DNA from: Acidimicrobiales bacterium | GTDB lineage: Bacteria > Actinomycetota > Acidimicrobiia > Acidimicrobiales > RAAP-2 | Length of the DNA: 64,000 nucleotides | Assembly (NCBI GenBank): GCA_049793015.1 | Contig: JBARBL010000104.1 | Coordinates: 8,246-72,245, forward strand | Direction of reading: 5' to 3' | In this document: positions 1-9,979 of the stretch, piece after piece | How positions within the stretch are numbered: position 1 is the first letter of the stretch | How the letters are laid out: every line of letters starts with the position of its first letter | The notes under the pieces: generated by a model | Databases searched by the model: none | The model's input: the letters and a program-made list of their open reading frames with translations, nothing else | What the model was told of the DNA's origin: nothing | Program-made: the position numbers and the translations under genes

Positions 1-459
1 GCTCGAGGAGTAGGGCGAGTTGGGCTCGAGCACGTGATCCTCGCGCCACGAGCCCTGCGCGATCGAACCGTAGACCTCGTCGGTGGAGACGTGCACGAAA
101 CGCTGCACGCCGCCACGCCGGGCGCTGTCGAGCAGCTGCTGCGTGCCGAGCACGTTGGTCTCGAAGAAGACGCGGGCGCTGTCGATGGAGTTGTCCACGT
201 GGCTCTCGGCCGCGAAGTGCACGACGGCGTGCGCGCCGTGAAGAAGATCGTCGGTGACGGCCGCGTCATTGATGGAGGCTTCGACGAACGTGACGCGCGG
301 ATCGCCCATGACGGACTCGAGATTCACCAGACGGCCCGAGTACGTGAGGGCGTCGATCAGCACGATGTCGTCGTAGTCCAGTCGCGTCGCGTCTTGGAGC
401 AGCACTTCGACGAACCGCGAACCGATGAATCCCGCCGCACCTGTGATCACCACGCGCAT
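1..459 (-). CDS. rmlB: dTDP-glucose 4,6-dehydratase, N-terminal 153 codons (rest lies beyond window start)
   Basis: Own minus-strand translation from ATG at 459: MRVVITGAAGFIGSRFV...VVHFAAESHVDNSI...FVHVSTDEVYG. Rossmann GxxGxxG plus extended-SDR motifs. Absent from the ORF track because it runs off the window. Confidence 0.9.
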   Translation of the reverse strand, partial: MRVVITGAAGFIGSRFVEVLLQDATRLDYDDIVLIDALTYSGRLVNLESVMGDPRVTFVEASINDAAVTDDLLHGAHAVVHFAAESHVDNSIDSARVFFETNVLGTQQLLDSARRGGVQRFVHVSTDEVYGSIAQGSWREDHVLEPNSPYSSS

Positions 460-510
460 AGAGGTACCTCGGCCTTTAGGAAGGGATTGCTGGACTTCTA
501 TACTAATGGA

Positions 511-1293
511 GTGAAGGGAATCATTCTGGCTGGCGGCAGCGGCACTCGCCTGCATCCGATCACCCGGGCGGTCTCCAAGCAGTTGCTGCCGATCTACGAC
601 AAGCCGATGATCTACTACCCGCTCAGCACGTTGATGCTCACGGGCCTGCGCGAGATCCTGCTCATCACCACCCCCCACGATCAGGACGCGTTCCGTCGGC
701 TGCTCGGCGACGGATCGCAGCTCGGCCTGCAGATCTCCTACGTCGTCCAGGAAGAGCCCAACGGACTGGCCCAGGCGCTCATCCTCGGCGAGTCGTTCTT
801 GGACGGCGACAAGTGCGCGCTCATCCTGGGCGACAACCTGTTCCACGGCCCGGGGCTCGGCACGTACCTACGCCGCAACACCGAGGTCAAGGGCGCGCTG
901 ATCTTCGCCTACCAGGTGAGCGACCCCTCGGCCTACGGCGTGGTGGAGTTCGACGAGAGCGGCAAAGTGATCTCGATCGAGGAGAAGCCGATCACCCCCA
1001 AGAGCAGCTACGCCATCCCCGGCATCTACTTCTACGACGAGAAAGCCTCGCGGCTGGCGCACGAGCTCACGCCGAGCGGCCGCGGTGAACTCGAGATCTC
1101 GGCCCTCAACAACGCCTACCTCAAGGCCGGCGAACTCAACGTGGAGGTGTTGTCGCGCGCGACGACCTGGCTCGACACCGGCACGCACGAATCGCTCTAC
1201 GAGGCCGGCGGCCTCATCCGCACGCTCCAGCACCGCAGCGGGTTGCGCATCGGCGACGTCGAGCAAATCAGTCGCGACCAAGGTTGGGTCTGA
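511..1293 (+). CDS. rmlA: glucose-1-phosphate thymidylyltransferase
   Basis: GTG at 511 is in frame with tracked ORF 34..1293. VKGIILAGGSGTRLHPITRAVSKQLLPIYDKPMIYYPL is the RmlA signature. The upstream part of the tracked ORF is antisense to rmlB. Confidence 0.9.
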   Translation: MKGIILAGGSGTRLHPITRAVSKQLLPIYDKPMIYYPLSTLMLTGLREILLITTPHDQDAFRRLLGDGSQLGLQISYVVQEEPNGLAQALILGESFLDGDKCALILGDNLFHGPGLGTYLRRNTEVKGALIFAYQVSDPSAYGVVEFDESGKVISIEEKPITPKSSYAIPGIYFYDEKASRLAHELTPSGRGELEISALNNAYLKAGELNVEVLSRATTWLDTGTHESLYEAGGLIRTLQHRSGLRIGDVEQISRDQGWV

Positions 1294-1365
1294 CGCTACT
1301 CGCGCGTAACTTTTTGCGCGTGGTGCGCTGACTAAAGTTGCGGGACCAACCCCCGAGGAGACGCC

Positions 1366-1959
1366 ATGTCCAGCATCGACCTACCCCTGCCACGCCATCA
1401 CGTGCTCGCCGACGTCATACCCAAGAGCCTGCTCGTCGACGCGGCGCTGGTTATCGGCTTCGCCGGGTTCGTCGGCGCGCTCGCGCAGTTCTCCATCCAC
1501 CTCAACTTCACTCCGGTGCCCATCACCGGCCAGACGCTCGGCGTGCTGCTCGCCGGGTCGGCGTTGGGATGGCGGCGCGCGTTCCTCTCCATGAGCCTCT
1601 ACCTGGTCGCCGGGCTCGCCGGCGTCCCCTGGTTCGCCGGGCACTCGAGCAACCTGCCGATGACCAACGCCGGGTACCTCGTCGGCTTCATCGCGACCGG
1701 GTCGCTGCTCGGATGGCTCGCCTCACGCGGCAACGACCGCACCCTCGTGCGCAGCGTTCTCTCCATGGTGCTGGGCGAGTTGCTGCTCTACGTCATCGCC
1801 GTGCCGTGGCTCGCGATTGCGGGCCACTTCTCCTTGGCGACCGCCTTCATCTACGGCATGCGGCCCTTTATCATCGGCGATCTCATCAAGATGGCCATCG
1901 CCGGGGTGACGCTGCCCGCGACCTGGCGGCTGGTGGACCGCACGACCGCGACGCGCTAG
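1366..1959 (+). CDS. bioY: biotin transporter S-component BioY
   Basis: 197 aa multi-TM protein with the BioY-like core FTPVPITGQTLGVLLAG. Confidence 0.85.
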   Translation: MSSIDLPLPRHHVLADVIPKSLLVDAALVIGFAGFVGALAQFSIHLNFTPVPITGQTLGVLLAGSALGWRRAFLSMSLYLVAGLAGVPWFAGHSSNLPMTNAGYLVGFIATGSLLGWLASRGNDRTLVRSVLSMVLGELLLYVIAVPWLAIAGHFSLATAFIYGMRPFIIGDLIKMAIAGVTLPATWRLVDRTTATR

Positions 1960-2627
1960 TCGAGCAGGAAATCGAAGCCCAGGTGCTGGGCCTCGTCGCC
2001 GTGGATCACGCGCTTCTGGTAGCGGATGGCCTTGCGGTCGAACGAGGTCGCCGACTGCGCGATGGCCAGGGCGTGGTTGAGCAGTTGGTCGACGCTCGCG
2101 ACCGCGTCGATGATCCCGTGGGCCAGCGCTTCCGGGGCGCCGTAACGATGCGCGGTCAGCGCGGCGCGCGTCGCGGTGGCTCGGGGAACGCGATTGGCCA
2201 GGATTGACCACATGCCCTCGTTGAGCGCGAGGCCGATCTCGACCTCGTTGACGCACCAGTAGCCCCGGTCCTCGCGCATCACCCGGTAGTCGAACGCGCA
2301 GGCCAGCAGCGCGCCGCCCGCGAAGGCGTGTCCGTTGACGGCGCCGACCGTGTACGCCGGGAACACCAACAGACGCCCTATGGTTCGCTGCAGCTCGCGA
2401 AAGGTCGACTCGTATTCGTCACTGAAGGGCTCGAAGCGAGCGAGGTCCAGGCCGTTGCAGAAGAACTTGCCGTCACCCGTCAACACCACGGCGAGCGGGC
2501 CCTCGATCGTCTCGAGCTCGTCGAGGATCTCGTTGAGCCGCGCCAGGGAATCGTGATTTATCCGGTTCTCGCCGTCGCTCCACGTCAGCAGACCCACGTC
2601 ATCGTGTCTGGTCAGCGTGATGGCCAC
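1956..2627 (-). CDS. enoyl-CoA hydratase/isomerase family protein
   Basis: Crotonase-fold motifs FFCNGLDL and NGHAFAGGALLA. Confidence 0.8.
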   Translation of the reverse strand: MAITLTRHDDVGLLTWSDGENRINHDSLARLNEILDELETIEGPLAVVLTGDGKFFCNGLDLARFEPFSDEYESTFRELQRTIGRLLVFPAYTVGAVNGHAFAGGALLACAFDYRVMREDRGYWCVNEVEIGLALNEGMWSILANRVPRATATRAALTAHRYGAPEALAHGIIDAVASVDQLLNHALAIAQSATSFDRKAIRYQKRVIHGDEAQHLGFDFLLD

Positions 2628-2671
2628 CGCACGAGCATACGACCGGTCAAACCAGGCGGTAGGTTGAGGTT

Positions 2672-4165
2672 ATGAACGAGAACGAATCACCCATCAGCGA
2701 ACCCGACGTCTCGGCCGAGAACCCGGTCTCCGAGCACTGGGTCTGGACCGGCCAGCACCGCCCGGCGTCCCCGAGGGTCCTCGTCGAGCACATGACGAGC
2801 AACTGGCAGGACGACGATCCCCGTACTGGGGTCCACCCCGCCATCACGCAGAGCGCGGCGCGGCGCACGCGCCTCGGTGAGCACTTCGCCGGCCAGACCC
2901 TCGTCATCCCCACGGGCAACTTCAAGGTGCGCGCCAACGACACCGACTACCGCTTCCGCGCCGGCACGGACTTCTTCTACCTGACGGGCTGCCCGGAGCC
3001 CGACGCGGTCCTCATCATCGCCCCCAGCGCCAGCGGTCCACGTTCGACGCTCTACGTCCCCCATCGCCGTGACCACCAGACCCACGAGTTCTTCACCGAC
3101 TCGCGTTACGGCGAGTTGTGGGTCGGGCCCCGCCGCGGTGTGCTCGAGGCGGCCAGCTACTACAACATCGAGACGGCACCGCTGGAGCACCTGGAGAAGG
3201 ACCTGACCTCGCTGCGTTCGACCGGGATCGTGACCCTACGGGGCTTCGATCCGAGCGTCGACGCGCTCGTCGAGGCGAGCGACGCGGACGGCGAGTTGGC
3301 GACCGTCCTGAGCGAACAGCGACTGGTGAAGGACGACTTCGAGGTGGCCCAGCTGCAGCTGGCCATCGACTACACGGTCAAGGGCTTCGAGGACGTGGTG
3401 CGGGCGCTGCCCACCGCGGTAGGCCGCGGCGAACGGGTCATCGAAGGCGTCTTCAACCTGCGTGCCCGCGTCGAGGGCAACGACGTCGGCTACGACACCA
3501 TCGCCGCGAGCGGCGCGCACGCCACCATCCTTCACTGGATGCGCAACGACGGCGAGGTTCGCCGCGGCGACCTGCTGCTGCTCGACGCCGGCGTCGAATG
3601 CCACAATCTCTACACCGCCGACGTGACGCGCACCATGCCGATTAGCGGCAAGTTCACCGACGCGCAGCGCCGGGTCTACGAGCTGGTACTGGAGGCCCAG
3701 GCGGCGGGCATCGCGGCCGTCAAGCCCGGCGCCGCTTTCAGCGCGCCGCACGACGCGGCCATGGCGATCCTCGCCGAAGGGCTCCACGACCTCGGGATCT
3801 TGAAGGAGACGCCGGAAGTGGCGTTGCGCAAGGACCGTCAGCTGCACCGGCGTTACACGCTGCACGGCACGAGCCACATGCTGGGCATCGACGTGCACGA
3901 CTGCGCGAACGCCCGTGACGAGATCTTCCGGGGAAACCTCGAGGTCGGCTACGTGCTCACCGTCGAGCCGGGCCTCTACTTCCAGCGCAACGACCTGACG
4001 GTGCCCGAGGAGTACCGCGGCATCGGCGTGCGCATCGAGGACGACGTCTTGGTGACGGCCAACGGCTCGCGCAACCTCTCGAGCGCCCTGCCGCGAGAGG
4101 TCGATGAGATCGAAGCGTGGATGGCCGCGCTCTGGGCGCAGAGCACGGGCCTCCTCGGGCTCTAG
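2672..4165 (+). CDS. Xaa-Pro aminopeptidase (M24B, aminopeptidase P family)
   Basis: Creatinase/AMP_N-like N-terminus followed by the M24 metal ligand motifs HGTSHMLGIDVHD, VEPGLY and GVRIEDDVLVT. Confidence 0.85.
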   Translation: MNENESPISEPDVSAENPVSEHWVWTGQHRPASPRVLVEHMTSNWQDDDPRTGVHPAITQSAARRTRLGEHFAGQTLVIPTGNFKVRANDTDYRFRAGTDFFYLTGCPEPDAVLIIAPSASGPRSTLYVPHRRDHQTHEFFTDSRYGELWVGPRRGVLEAASYYNIETAPLEHLEKDLTSLRSTGIVTLRGFDPSVDALVEASDADGELATVLSEQRLVKDDFEVAQLQLAIDYTVKGFEDVVRALPTAVGRGERVIEGVFNLRARVEGNDVGYDTIAASGAHATILHWMRNDGEVRRGDLLLLDAGVECHNLYTADVTRTMPISGKFTDAQRRVYELVLEAQAAGIAAVKPGAAFSAPHDAAMAILAEGLHDLGILKETPEVALRKDRQLHRRYTLHGTSHMLGIDVHDCANARDEIFRGNLEVGYVLTVEPGLYFQRNDLTVPEEYRGIGVRIEDDVLVTANGSRNLSSALPREVDEIEAWMAALWAQSTGLLGL

Positions 4166-4166
4166 C

Positions 4167-5375
4167 TCAGGCGAGGATTCGAAACGGCAGGTTGCGCGGC
4201 CCGCGGAACTGCCCGGCCGCCCACGTGACGCCGTCCGGATCGGCCAGCTCGAAGCGGGGATAACGAGCGATGAACTCTTCGAGGGCGACGCGCATCTCGA
4301 GTCGGGCGAGGTTGGACCCCAAACAGCGATGGATGCCGAGCCCGAAGGCCAGGTGGCGGTTCTCGCGGCGGTCGATGATGAACCTCTCGGCGTCCTGGAA
4401 GGCCGCCGGGTCCCGATTGGCCGCCGGGAATCCGAGCAGGATCCAGTCGTCCTCCTTCATCGGACAGCCCAGGTAGTCAATGTCCTGCTTCACCAGGCGG
4501 GCCATGGTGACCGGCGCGTAGAAGCGTAGGAACTCCTCGACGGCGACGGGCATCAGATCGGGCTCATTCACCAGCCGCGCCAGGTCGTCGGGGTGGGTCG
4601 CCAAGTGCAGCAGCGACGCGCTCAGGGCCGACCAGGTGGTGTCGATGCCCGCAATGAGCAGCAGGATCATCGTGCCGAAGACGTGCTCGACCGACAGCTT
4701 CTCGCCGCCGAGCTCGACGTCCAGCAGGTAGCTGGTGAGGTCGTCGCGAGGATTGGCCCGGTGGTCTTCGATTTGGACGGTGAAATATTCGATGATGGGC
4801 TCGAAGGCGAGTTCGCGTTCGTCGACCGGCAGGTCGACGGTCTCGGCGACCATGTGGATGATCTCGCGGAAGATCTCCTCGTCGGCCTCGGGGAAGCCGA
4901 GCATCTGACGGATCACCGCGGGCGGGATGTTCTGCGCGTAGTCCGAACTCCCGTTGACCAGATTGCGGTCGCCGAGGCGATCGAGCAGGTTGACGCAGAG
5001 CGCGCGGATCTGGGGCTCCAGTGGGTTGATGGCGCCCGGCGAGAAGGCCGGCAGTATGAGGCGCCGAGCGATCTGGTGGAACGGCGGATCGGAAGTGATG
5101 GGCGGCGCGACACCTATGGGTGCCGGCAATGCCTCCTCCCCGGGACGGCCATTGTTCACGATGACGGTTCGACTGGTGAAGTGATCGGTGTCGTTGGCGA
5201 TGGCCGAGACGCCTTCGTGCGTGGAGGGGAACCAGCCGCCGCCGTATCGATCGGTGTGGGCCACCGGGCAGCGATCGCGCAGGTCCTCCCAGATGGGGTA
5301 CGGGTCGTTGACCCACTGGGGGTCAGTGTGGTCCCAGTCGGTAGCGAAGTCGTCAACGGGCGGCTTGATGGTCAT
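4167..5375 (-). CDS. cytochrome P450
   Basis: Heme-thiolate loop FGLGIHRCLGSNLA and ExxR motif (EEFLRF). 402 aa. Confidence 0.9.
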   Translation of the reverse strand: MTIKPPVDDFATDWDHTDPQWVNDPYPIWEDLRDRCPVAHTDRYGGGWFPSTHEGVSAIANDTDHFTSRTVIVNNGRPGEEALPAPIGVAPPITSDPPFHQIARRLILPAFSPGAINPLEPQIRALCVNLLDRLGDRNLVNGSSDYAQNIPPAVIRQMLGFPEADEEIFREIIHMVAETVDLPVDERELAFEPIIEYFTVQIEDHRANPRDDLTSYLLDVELGGEKLSVEHVFGTMILLLIAGIDTTWSALSASLLHLATHPDDLARLVNEPDLMPVAVEEFLRFYAPVTMARLVKQDIDYLGCPMKEDDWILLGFPAANRDPAAFQDAERFIIDRRENRHLAFGLGIHRCLGSNLARLEMRVALEEFIARYPRFELADPDGVTWAAGQFRGPRNLPFRILA

Positions 5376-5377
5376 CG

Positions 5378-5572
5378 TCAGTCCTCGATGAGAATCGCGC
5401 GCTCGGGGCAGTTCGCCTGGGCCAAACGCGCCAGTTCCAGCGTCTCATCGCTCAAGGTGCCGTCGCCCAGGACGACACCGCTACCCAGGTCGTCAAACTC
5501 GAAGAGGCTGGGCGCCAGGGAGTAACAACGACCGTGGCCCTGGCAGCGTCCGGCGTCGATCGAAACCCTCAC
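5378..5572 (-). CDS. small ferredoxin (3Fe-4S type), probable P450 redox partner
   Basis: 64 aa with CQGHGRC...CP cluster motif. Its stop lies 2 nt before the P450 ATG. Confidence 0.8.
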   Translation of the reverse strand: MRVSIDAGRCQGHGRCYSLAPSLFEFDDLGSGVVLGDGTLSDETLELARLAQANCPERAILIED

Positions 5573-5628
5573 GATCCCCCTCTCGTGGTACTGCCAGTGA
5601 CCTTACTACCGGGTAATGAAAAAATGAC

Positions 5629-5656
5629 CAACGATGCGGACACACGTCCATCGTTG
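5629..5656 (-). terminator. intrinsic terminator after serB
   Basis: Imperfect hairpin CAACGATG(C)GGAC-ACAC-GTCC-ATCGTTG. On the minus-strand RNA it is followed by GUCAUUUUUUC, a U6 tract that is rare in this GC-rich DNA. It starts 2 nt after the serB stop. Confidence 0.55.
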
Positions 5657-5657
5657 A

Positions 5658-6839
5658 CTATCCCGCTTCGATCTCTTCTCGACTGATACCCAGGAAGTAC
5701 AGCACGGCATCGAGGTAGGGAACCGAGAGCGCCACGTTGGCGTGCTCCTGAACGGCCGGCTTGGCGTTAAAGGCAATGCCGAGCCCCGCGAGCGAGAGCA
5801 TGTCGATGTCGTTCGCCCCGTCACCGACGGCCACGGTCTGCTCCAGCGGCACGCCGACGTCATGGGCGAACCGCTCGAGCGCGCGGGCCTTGCCGGCCCG
5901 GTCGACCACTGGCGCGCCCAAGCGACCCGTGAGCCGCCCGTCCACGATCTCGAGACGATTGGCTTCGAGGTACTGCACGTCGAGGTCCGCCATCAGCGGT
6001 CCGAGCACCTCGAAGAACCCGCCCGACACGACGGCGGCCACGTAACCGAGCCGCTGCAGCGTGCGCAGCAACGTCCGCGCGCCCGGCGCGAGGCGCAGCT
6101 TGGCGCGCACGTCGTCGAGCACGGTGGCCGGCAAACCCGCCAGCAGCGCCACCCGGCGACGCAGCGATTCGGCGAAGTCGATCTCACCGGCCATCGCCGC
6201 CTGCGTGATCGCCGACACCTCCTCCGCGCAGCCGCAGGCGTCGCCGAGGAGGTCGATGACCTCGTCCTGCAGCAGCGTCGAATCGGCGTCCATGACCACC
6301 AAGTGCTTCGCGCGACGGTGCAGGCCCGCACGCTGGACGGCGAGGTCGAGCCCACACTCCTTGGCCACCGACGTCAAGTCCTCGCGCAGCGCGGCGTGAT
6401 CGGATCCTCGCACCACCAGCTCGTAGCAGTCGACGGGATAGCTCGCGAGATGCACGATCCGCTCGCAGGTGGCGTCGCTCGACGCGATGGCCCGAAAGGT
6501 GCGCTCGAGTTGCTCGGCACTGATGGTGGGCGCGAGCAGCGTCACGAGGAGGCGACGACCGTCACCGTCGTCAACTGGCGACACCTGTTCGACCGTGGCG
6601 GTGATCCCTCGCGCCTCGATGTCACGCTGCGCGAGGGCGGCGGTCAGGACCTCGCTCGAGACGTCGGCGTCCAGGGTCAATTCGGCGCACAGCACCAACG
6701 CGCCACGGATGGTGATCTGGGCGACGTCGGTCAACTGTCCGCCGACCGCGCCCAACGTGCCGAGCGCCGCGAAGAGCTCGGCCCCGACTCCCACGCGGTC
6801 CGGCCCGCTCACCGTCACGAGGTAGGTGGTCTTATCCAT
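5658..6839 (-). CDS. serB: phosphoserine phosphatase with N-terminal ACT-like repeats
   Basis: ATG at 6839 (MDKTTYLVTVSGPDRVG). HAD motifs VVMDADSTL and GDGANDIDML. The tracked ORF extends 41 codons further upstream with non-coding-looking composition. Confidence 0.85.
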   Translation of the reverse strand: MDKTTYLVTVSGPDRVGVGAELFAALGTLGAVGGQLTDVAQITIRGALVLCAELTLDADVSSEVLTAALAQRDIEARGITATVEQVSPVDDGDGRRLLVTLLAPTISAEQLERTFRAIASSDATCERIVHLASYPVDCYELVVRGSDHAALREDLTSVAKECGLDLAVQRAGLHRRAKHLVVMDADSTLLQDEVIDLLGDACGCAEEVSAITQAAMAGEIDFAESLRRRVALLAGLPATVLDDVRAKLRLAPGARTLLRTLQRLGYVAAVVSGGFFEVLGPLMADLDVQYLEANRLEIVDGRLTGRLGAPVVDRAGKARALERFAHDVGVPLEQTVAVGDGANDIDMLSLAGLGIAFNAKPAVQEHANVALSVPYLDAVLYFLGISREEIEAG

Positions 6840-6858
6840 CCTGAAAGCGTACGGCCTG

Positions 6859-8130
6859 TTACGTATGCTCTTCGCCCGCGCGAATTTCACGAACGTGGGC
6901 GACGTTGAGGTCGCTGCGTTTGTCGAAGGCCCATAGCTTGGGCAACGCCGCCGCGACGGCACCCACCGAACCCGTGCAGGCCAGACCTCCGAAAGTGAGC
7001 GAGAACCGCAGCGTCGTCCACGCGGCCATCACGCCCGCGCGGAACTGTCCGGCAGTGGGGCCGAGCGAGTAGGAGATCAATTCGATGCCCGCCATTCGTC
7101 CGCGCACGTCCGGCGGTATCGACTCGTTCCACATGGTGTTGCGAAAGATGCCGCTAATGGCGTCGGCGCCGCCGGCGATGCCCAGGCCCGTGAAGACCCA
7201 CCAGAACGAGCTCGAGTACCCGAAGAGCGCGATGCCCAGTCCCCACACGCTCGCCGCCGCCACGATGGCCCGGCCGTAGTGGTTGACCACCCTGGTCCAC
7301 GACGAGGTGAGCGTCGCCAGCAGCGCCCCGGCCGGCAGGCCGCACTCGAGCAGGGCCAGGGCGTAGGTGACGTGGAAGCGCGCGGCGACGAACGGCAGCA
7401 TGACGACCGGAAAGGCGAGCGTCATCGCCAGCAGGTCGATGACGTACGTGCCGAGCAGGTCGGGCCGCTGCATGGCGTAACGAAGGCCGAACCTGAGGGC
7501 GGCCAGGTCGCCGACCTTCGTCTGATCCTTCGGGGTCACGGAACGCAGCGAGAAGAGCATCGCCAGGGAGAAACTGAAGGTGACCAGGTTGGCGAGGTAC
7601 ACGTAGGACGAACCAATGGTCACGGCCATCAATCCTCCGATGGCTGGCCCGATGATGGAAGCCGTCGTGTAACGCACGTTGGCCAGCGTCGACGCCGCTC
7701 GCTGCAGGTCGTAGGGCACGTACATCTGGTTGAGCGCCGTGATGCTCGGTCCTTGCAGGCTCGCCGCGCCGGCCGCCACGAAGGCGTCGGCGTAGAGGAT
7801 CCAGACTTCTGGATGGGGCAGCAGCGCGTTGATGAAGAGCACCGCCGTGGTGACCATGAGGACCTGCTCCATCGAAATGATGAGGCGCCGACGATTGAGT
7901 CGGTCGGCCAGCACGCCGCCGTAGAGGCCGCAGGCCACCAGGGGCAGCAGCTCGAACAGCCCGAGCAGACCGACGTCCAGCGGCGAATGCGTCAGGTTCT
8001 TCATCTGGAACGGCACTGTCACGTAGGTGGCCTGGCTACCCAGCGCGGTGATGAATCCGGCGATGTAGAGACGCCGGTACTGCTTGGAGACCCGCAGCGG
8101 CGTCAGGTCTACGCCGATTCCTGTCGTCAC
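6859..8130 (-). CDS. MFS transporter (EntS/MFS_3-like exporter)
   Basis: 12-TM-like profile. The N-terminus VTTGIGVDLTPLRVSKQYRRLYIAGFITALGSQ starts at GTG 8130, which overlaps the TAG of the upstream gene by 1 nt. The tracked 542-aa ORF is an upstream extension across that gene. Confidence 0.8.
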   Translation of the reverse strand: MTTGIGVDLTPLRVSKQYRRLYIAGFITALGSQATYVTVPFQMKNLTHSPLDVGLLGLFELLPLVACGLYGGVLADRLNRRRLIISMEQVLMVTTAVLFINALLPHPEVWILYADAFVAAGAASLQGPSITALNQMYVPYDLQRAASTLANVRYTTASIIGPAIGGLMAVTIGSSYVYLANLVTFSFSLAMLFSLRSVTPKDQTKVGDLAALRFGLRYAMQRPDLLGTYVIDLLAMTLAFPVVMLPFVAARFHVTYALALLECGLPAGALLATLTSSWTRVVNHYGRAIVAAASVWGLGIALFGYSSSFWWVFTGLGIAGGADAISGIFRNTMWNESIPPDVRGRMAGIELISYSLGPTAGQFRAGVMAAWTTLRFSLTFGGLACTGSVGAVAAALPKLWAFDKRSDLNVAHVREIRAGEEHT

Positions 8131-8771
8131 TACTGCGCGGCTCCGGACTGCCAGCCGCCTTCGGCACTGTAGTGACGCAACACTTTTGCGGGCACCCCGC
8201 CCAGCACGACGTGATCGGGAAACTCCCCGCGCACGACCGCACCGGCGGCCACGGTCGTGTTTCGCCCCAGGACCGTTCCCGGCAGGATCACCGCGTTGGC
8301 GCCCAGCCAGCTGCCCGAACCGATGCGCACCGCCGCCTCGACGGGGTGTTGCCAGCCGACCGGTTCGTCGAGGTTCTCGTACGTGTGGTTCTGATCGGTG
8401 ATGTAGACGTAGGGGCCTGTCTGGATCTCGTCGCCCAATTCGATGGACCAATGACCGATGATGTGCGATCCGCGACCGATCACGCATCGCTGGCCGATCG
8501 ACACCACGGGGGCGCTCAGCATCTCCTGCTGCGCGCCGATACCCGCCGTGAGACAGACGTTGGGTCCGACGAGCGTCCCGTCACCGATGGAAAGGTAGCG
8601 CTCGTTGTAGACCACCCCTTGGGGGGCCATCAAAGCCGCGCCCTTGCCGAAGTAAAAGAACTCGCGAGCGTAGGGATCGTCGGGACCGACGGTAGCCACC
8701 TCATTGAGATAGCGACGACTCGAACGAACGAGCGAGCCGAGAAAATGGCGAAACCGAAGGCGATGATCCAC
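8130..8771 (-). CDS. hexapeptide-repeat (LbH) acyltransferase
   Basis: Left-handed beta-helix repeats: IGQRCVIGRGSHIIG, IGSGSWLGANAVILPGTVLGRNTTVAAGAVV. Confidence 0.75.
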   Translation of the reverse strand: MDHRLRFRHFLGSLVRSSRRYLNEVATVGPDDPYAREFFYFGKGAALMAPQGVVYNERYLSIGDGTLVGPNVCLTAGIGAQQEMLSAPVVSIGQRCVIGRGSHIIGHWSIELGDEIQTGPYVYITDQNHTYENLDEPVGWQHPVEAAVRIGSGSWLGANAVILPGTVLGRNTTVAAGAVVRGEFPDHVVLGGVPAKVLRHYSAEGGWQSGAAQ

Positions 8772-8848
8772 GACGTCACGCTAGGCCACGGGCCACCACG
8801 CCGTTCAATCCGTCAGGTGAGACTCACCGCACCGCCACAACGATTTCG

Positions 8849-9904
8849 TCAGTCCAGCGAGATCGGCACGTCCACGTCGATCTCACTCGAGACGCCCACC
8901 ACGTCCGGCAAGAGATCGTCCGCTATTCGCGCGCGAACGCGACCGTCGATCTCGGCCATCATCTGCGGGTTCTCGCGCAGGAAGGTCTTGACGTTCTCGC
9001 GGCCCTGACCCATCTGCTCACCTTCGTAGGTGAACCACGCGCCGGCCTTCTTCACGAAACCAAGCTCGACGGCCACATCCAGGACCGATCCTTCGCGGCT
9101 GATGCCCTGGCCGTACATGATGTCGAACTCGGCCTGCTTAAAGGGAGACGCGCACTTGTTCTTCACGACCTTGACGCGCGTGCGGTTGCCCACAATCTCC
9201 GTGCCGTCCTTGATCGACTCGATACGACGAATGTCCAATCGAACCGAGGCGTAGAACTTGAGCGCCCGACCTCCCGGCGTGACTTCGGGCGAGCCATAGA
9301 TGACGCCGATCTTCTCGCGCAACTGGTTGATGAAGACCGCCAGGGTGTTCGACTTCGACAGCCCACCGGTCAGCTTCCGTAACGCCTGGCCCATCAAACG
9401 AGCCTGCAACCCGACGTGGGTGTCCCCCATGTCACCTTCGATCTCGGCCCTCGGCGTCAACGCCGCGACCGAGTCGATGATGACGACGTCCAGCGCACCC
9501 GAACGGATGAGCATGTCCGTGATCTCCAGGGCCTGCTCGCCGGTGTCCGGCTGGCTGATAAGCAGGTCGTCCACGTTCACCCCGATGGCGCGCGCGTAGA
9601 CCGGGTCCATCGCGTGTTCGGCGTCGATGTAGGCACAGACGCCTCCGTTGCGCTGCGCCTCGGCGACCACGTGCATGGCCAGGGTCGACTTTCCCGACGA
9701 CTCCGGGCCGTAGAGCTCGACGATGCGGCCGCGAGGCAAGCCACCGATACCGAGGGCGAGGTCCAGGGCGAGCGCGCCGGTCGGTATCGACTCGATGTTC
9801 ATGTGCAGGTTCTCGCCCATACGCATGATCGAACCTTTGCCGAACTGCTTCTCGATCTGGCCAAGCGCCGCATCGAGGGCCTTGGCGCGGTCGTCGGTTG
9901 CCAT
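8849..9904 (-). CDS. recA: recombinase RecA
   Basis: Walker [10 protein letters not shown] with full-length RecA similarity and no intein. ATG at 9904 ([24 protein letters not shown]) is preferred over the ATG at 9928. Confidence 0.97.
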   Translation of the reverse strand: MATDDRAKALDAALGQIEKQFGKGSIMRMGENLHMNIESIPTGALALDLALGIGGLPRGRIVELYGPESSGKSTLAMHVVAEAQRNGGVCAYIDAEHAMDPVYARAIGVNVDDLLISQPDTGEQALEITDMLIRSGALDVVIIDSVAALTPRAEIEGDMGDTHVGLQARLMGQALRKLTGGLSKSNTLAVFINQLREKIGVIYGSPEVTPGGRALKFYASVRLDIRRIESIKDGTEIVGNRTRVKVVKNKCASPFKQAEFDIMYGQGISREGSVLDVAVELGFVKKAGAWFTYEGEQMGQGRENVKTFLRENPQMMAEIDGRVRARIADDLLPDVVGVSSEIDVDVPISLD

Positions 9905-9979
9905 TACTGTCTCCTTGTTCTTAGTCACCCGAGCACACTATGTACCTTCAGTGACATCGGTCGGGCTCCACCCGTTTTC

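Noticed and set aside
34-510. N-terminal 159 codons of tracked ORF 34..1293
   Set aside because: This part is the antisense shadow of rmlB, which I translated on the minus strand from ATG 459. The RmlA signature only begins at GTG 511.
1294-1365. Biotin-responsive operator (BirA/BioQ-type) upstream of bioY
   Set aside because: No TGAAC-N3-GTTCA-like or other convincing palindrome was seen in the 72-nt spacer.
8849-9928. Possible intein or unusual insertion in recA, as seen in some mycobacteria
   Set aside because: The product is a normal ~350-aa RecA with contiguous conserved motifs. There is no insertion.
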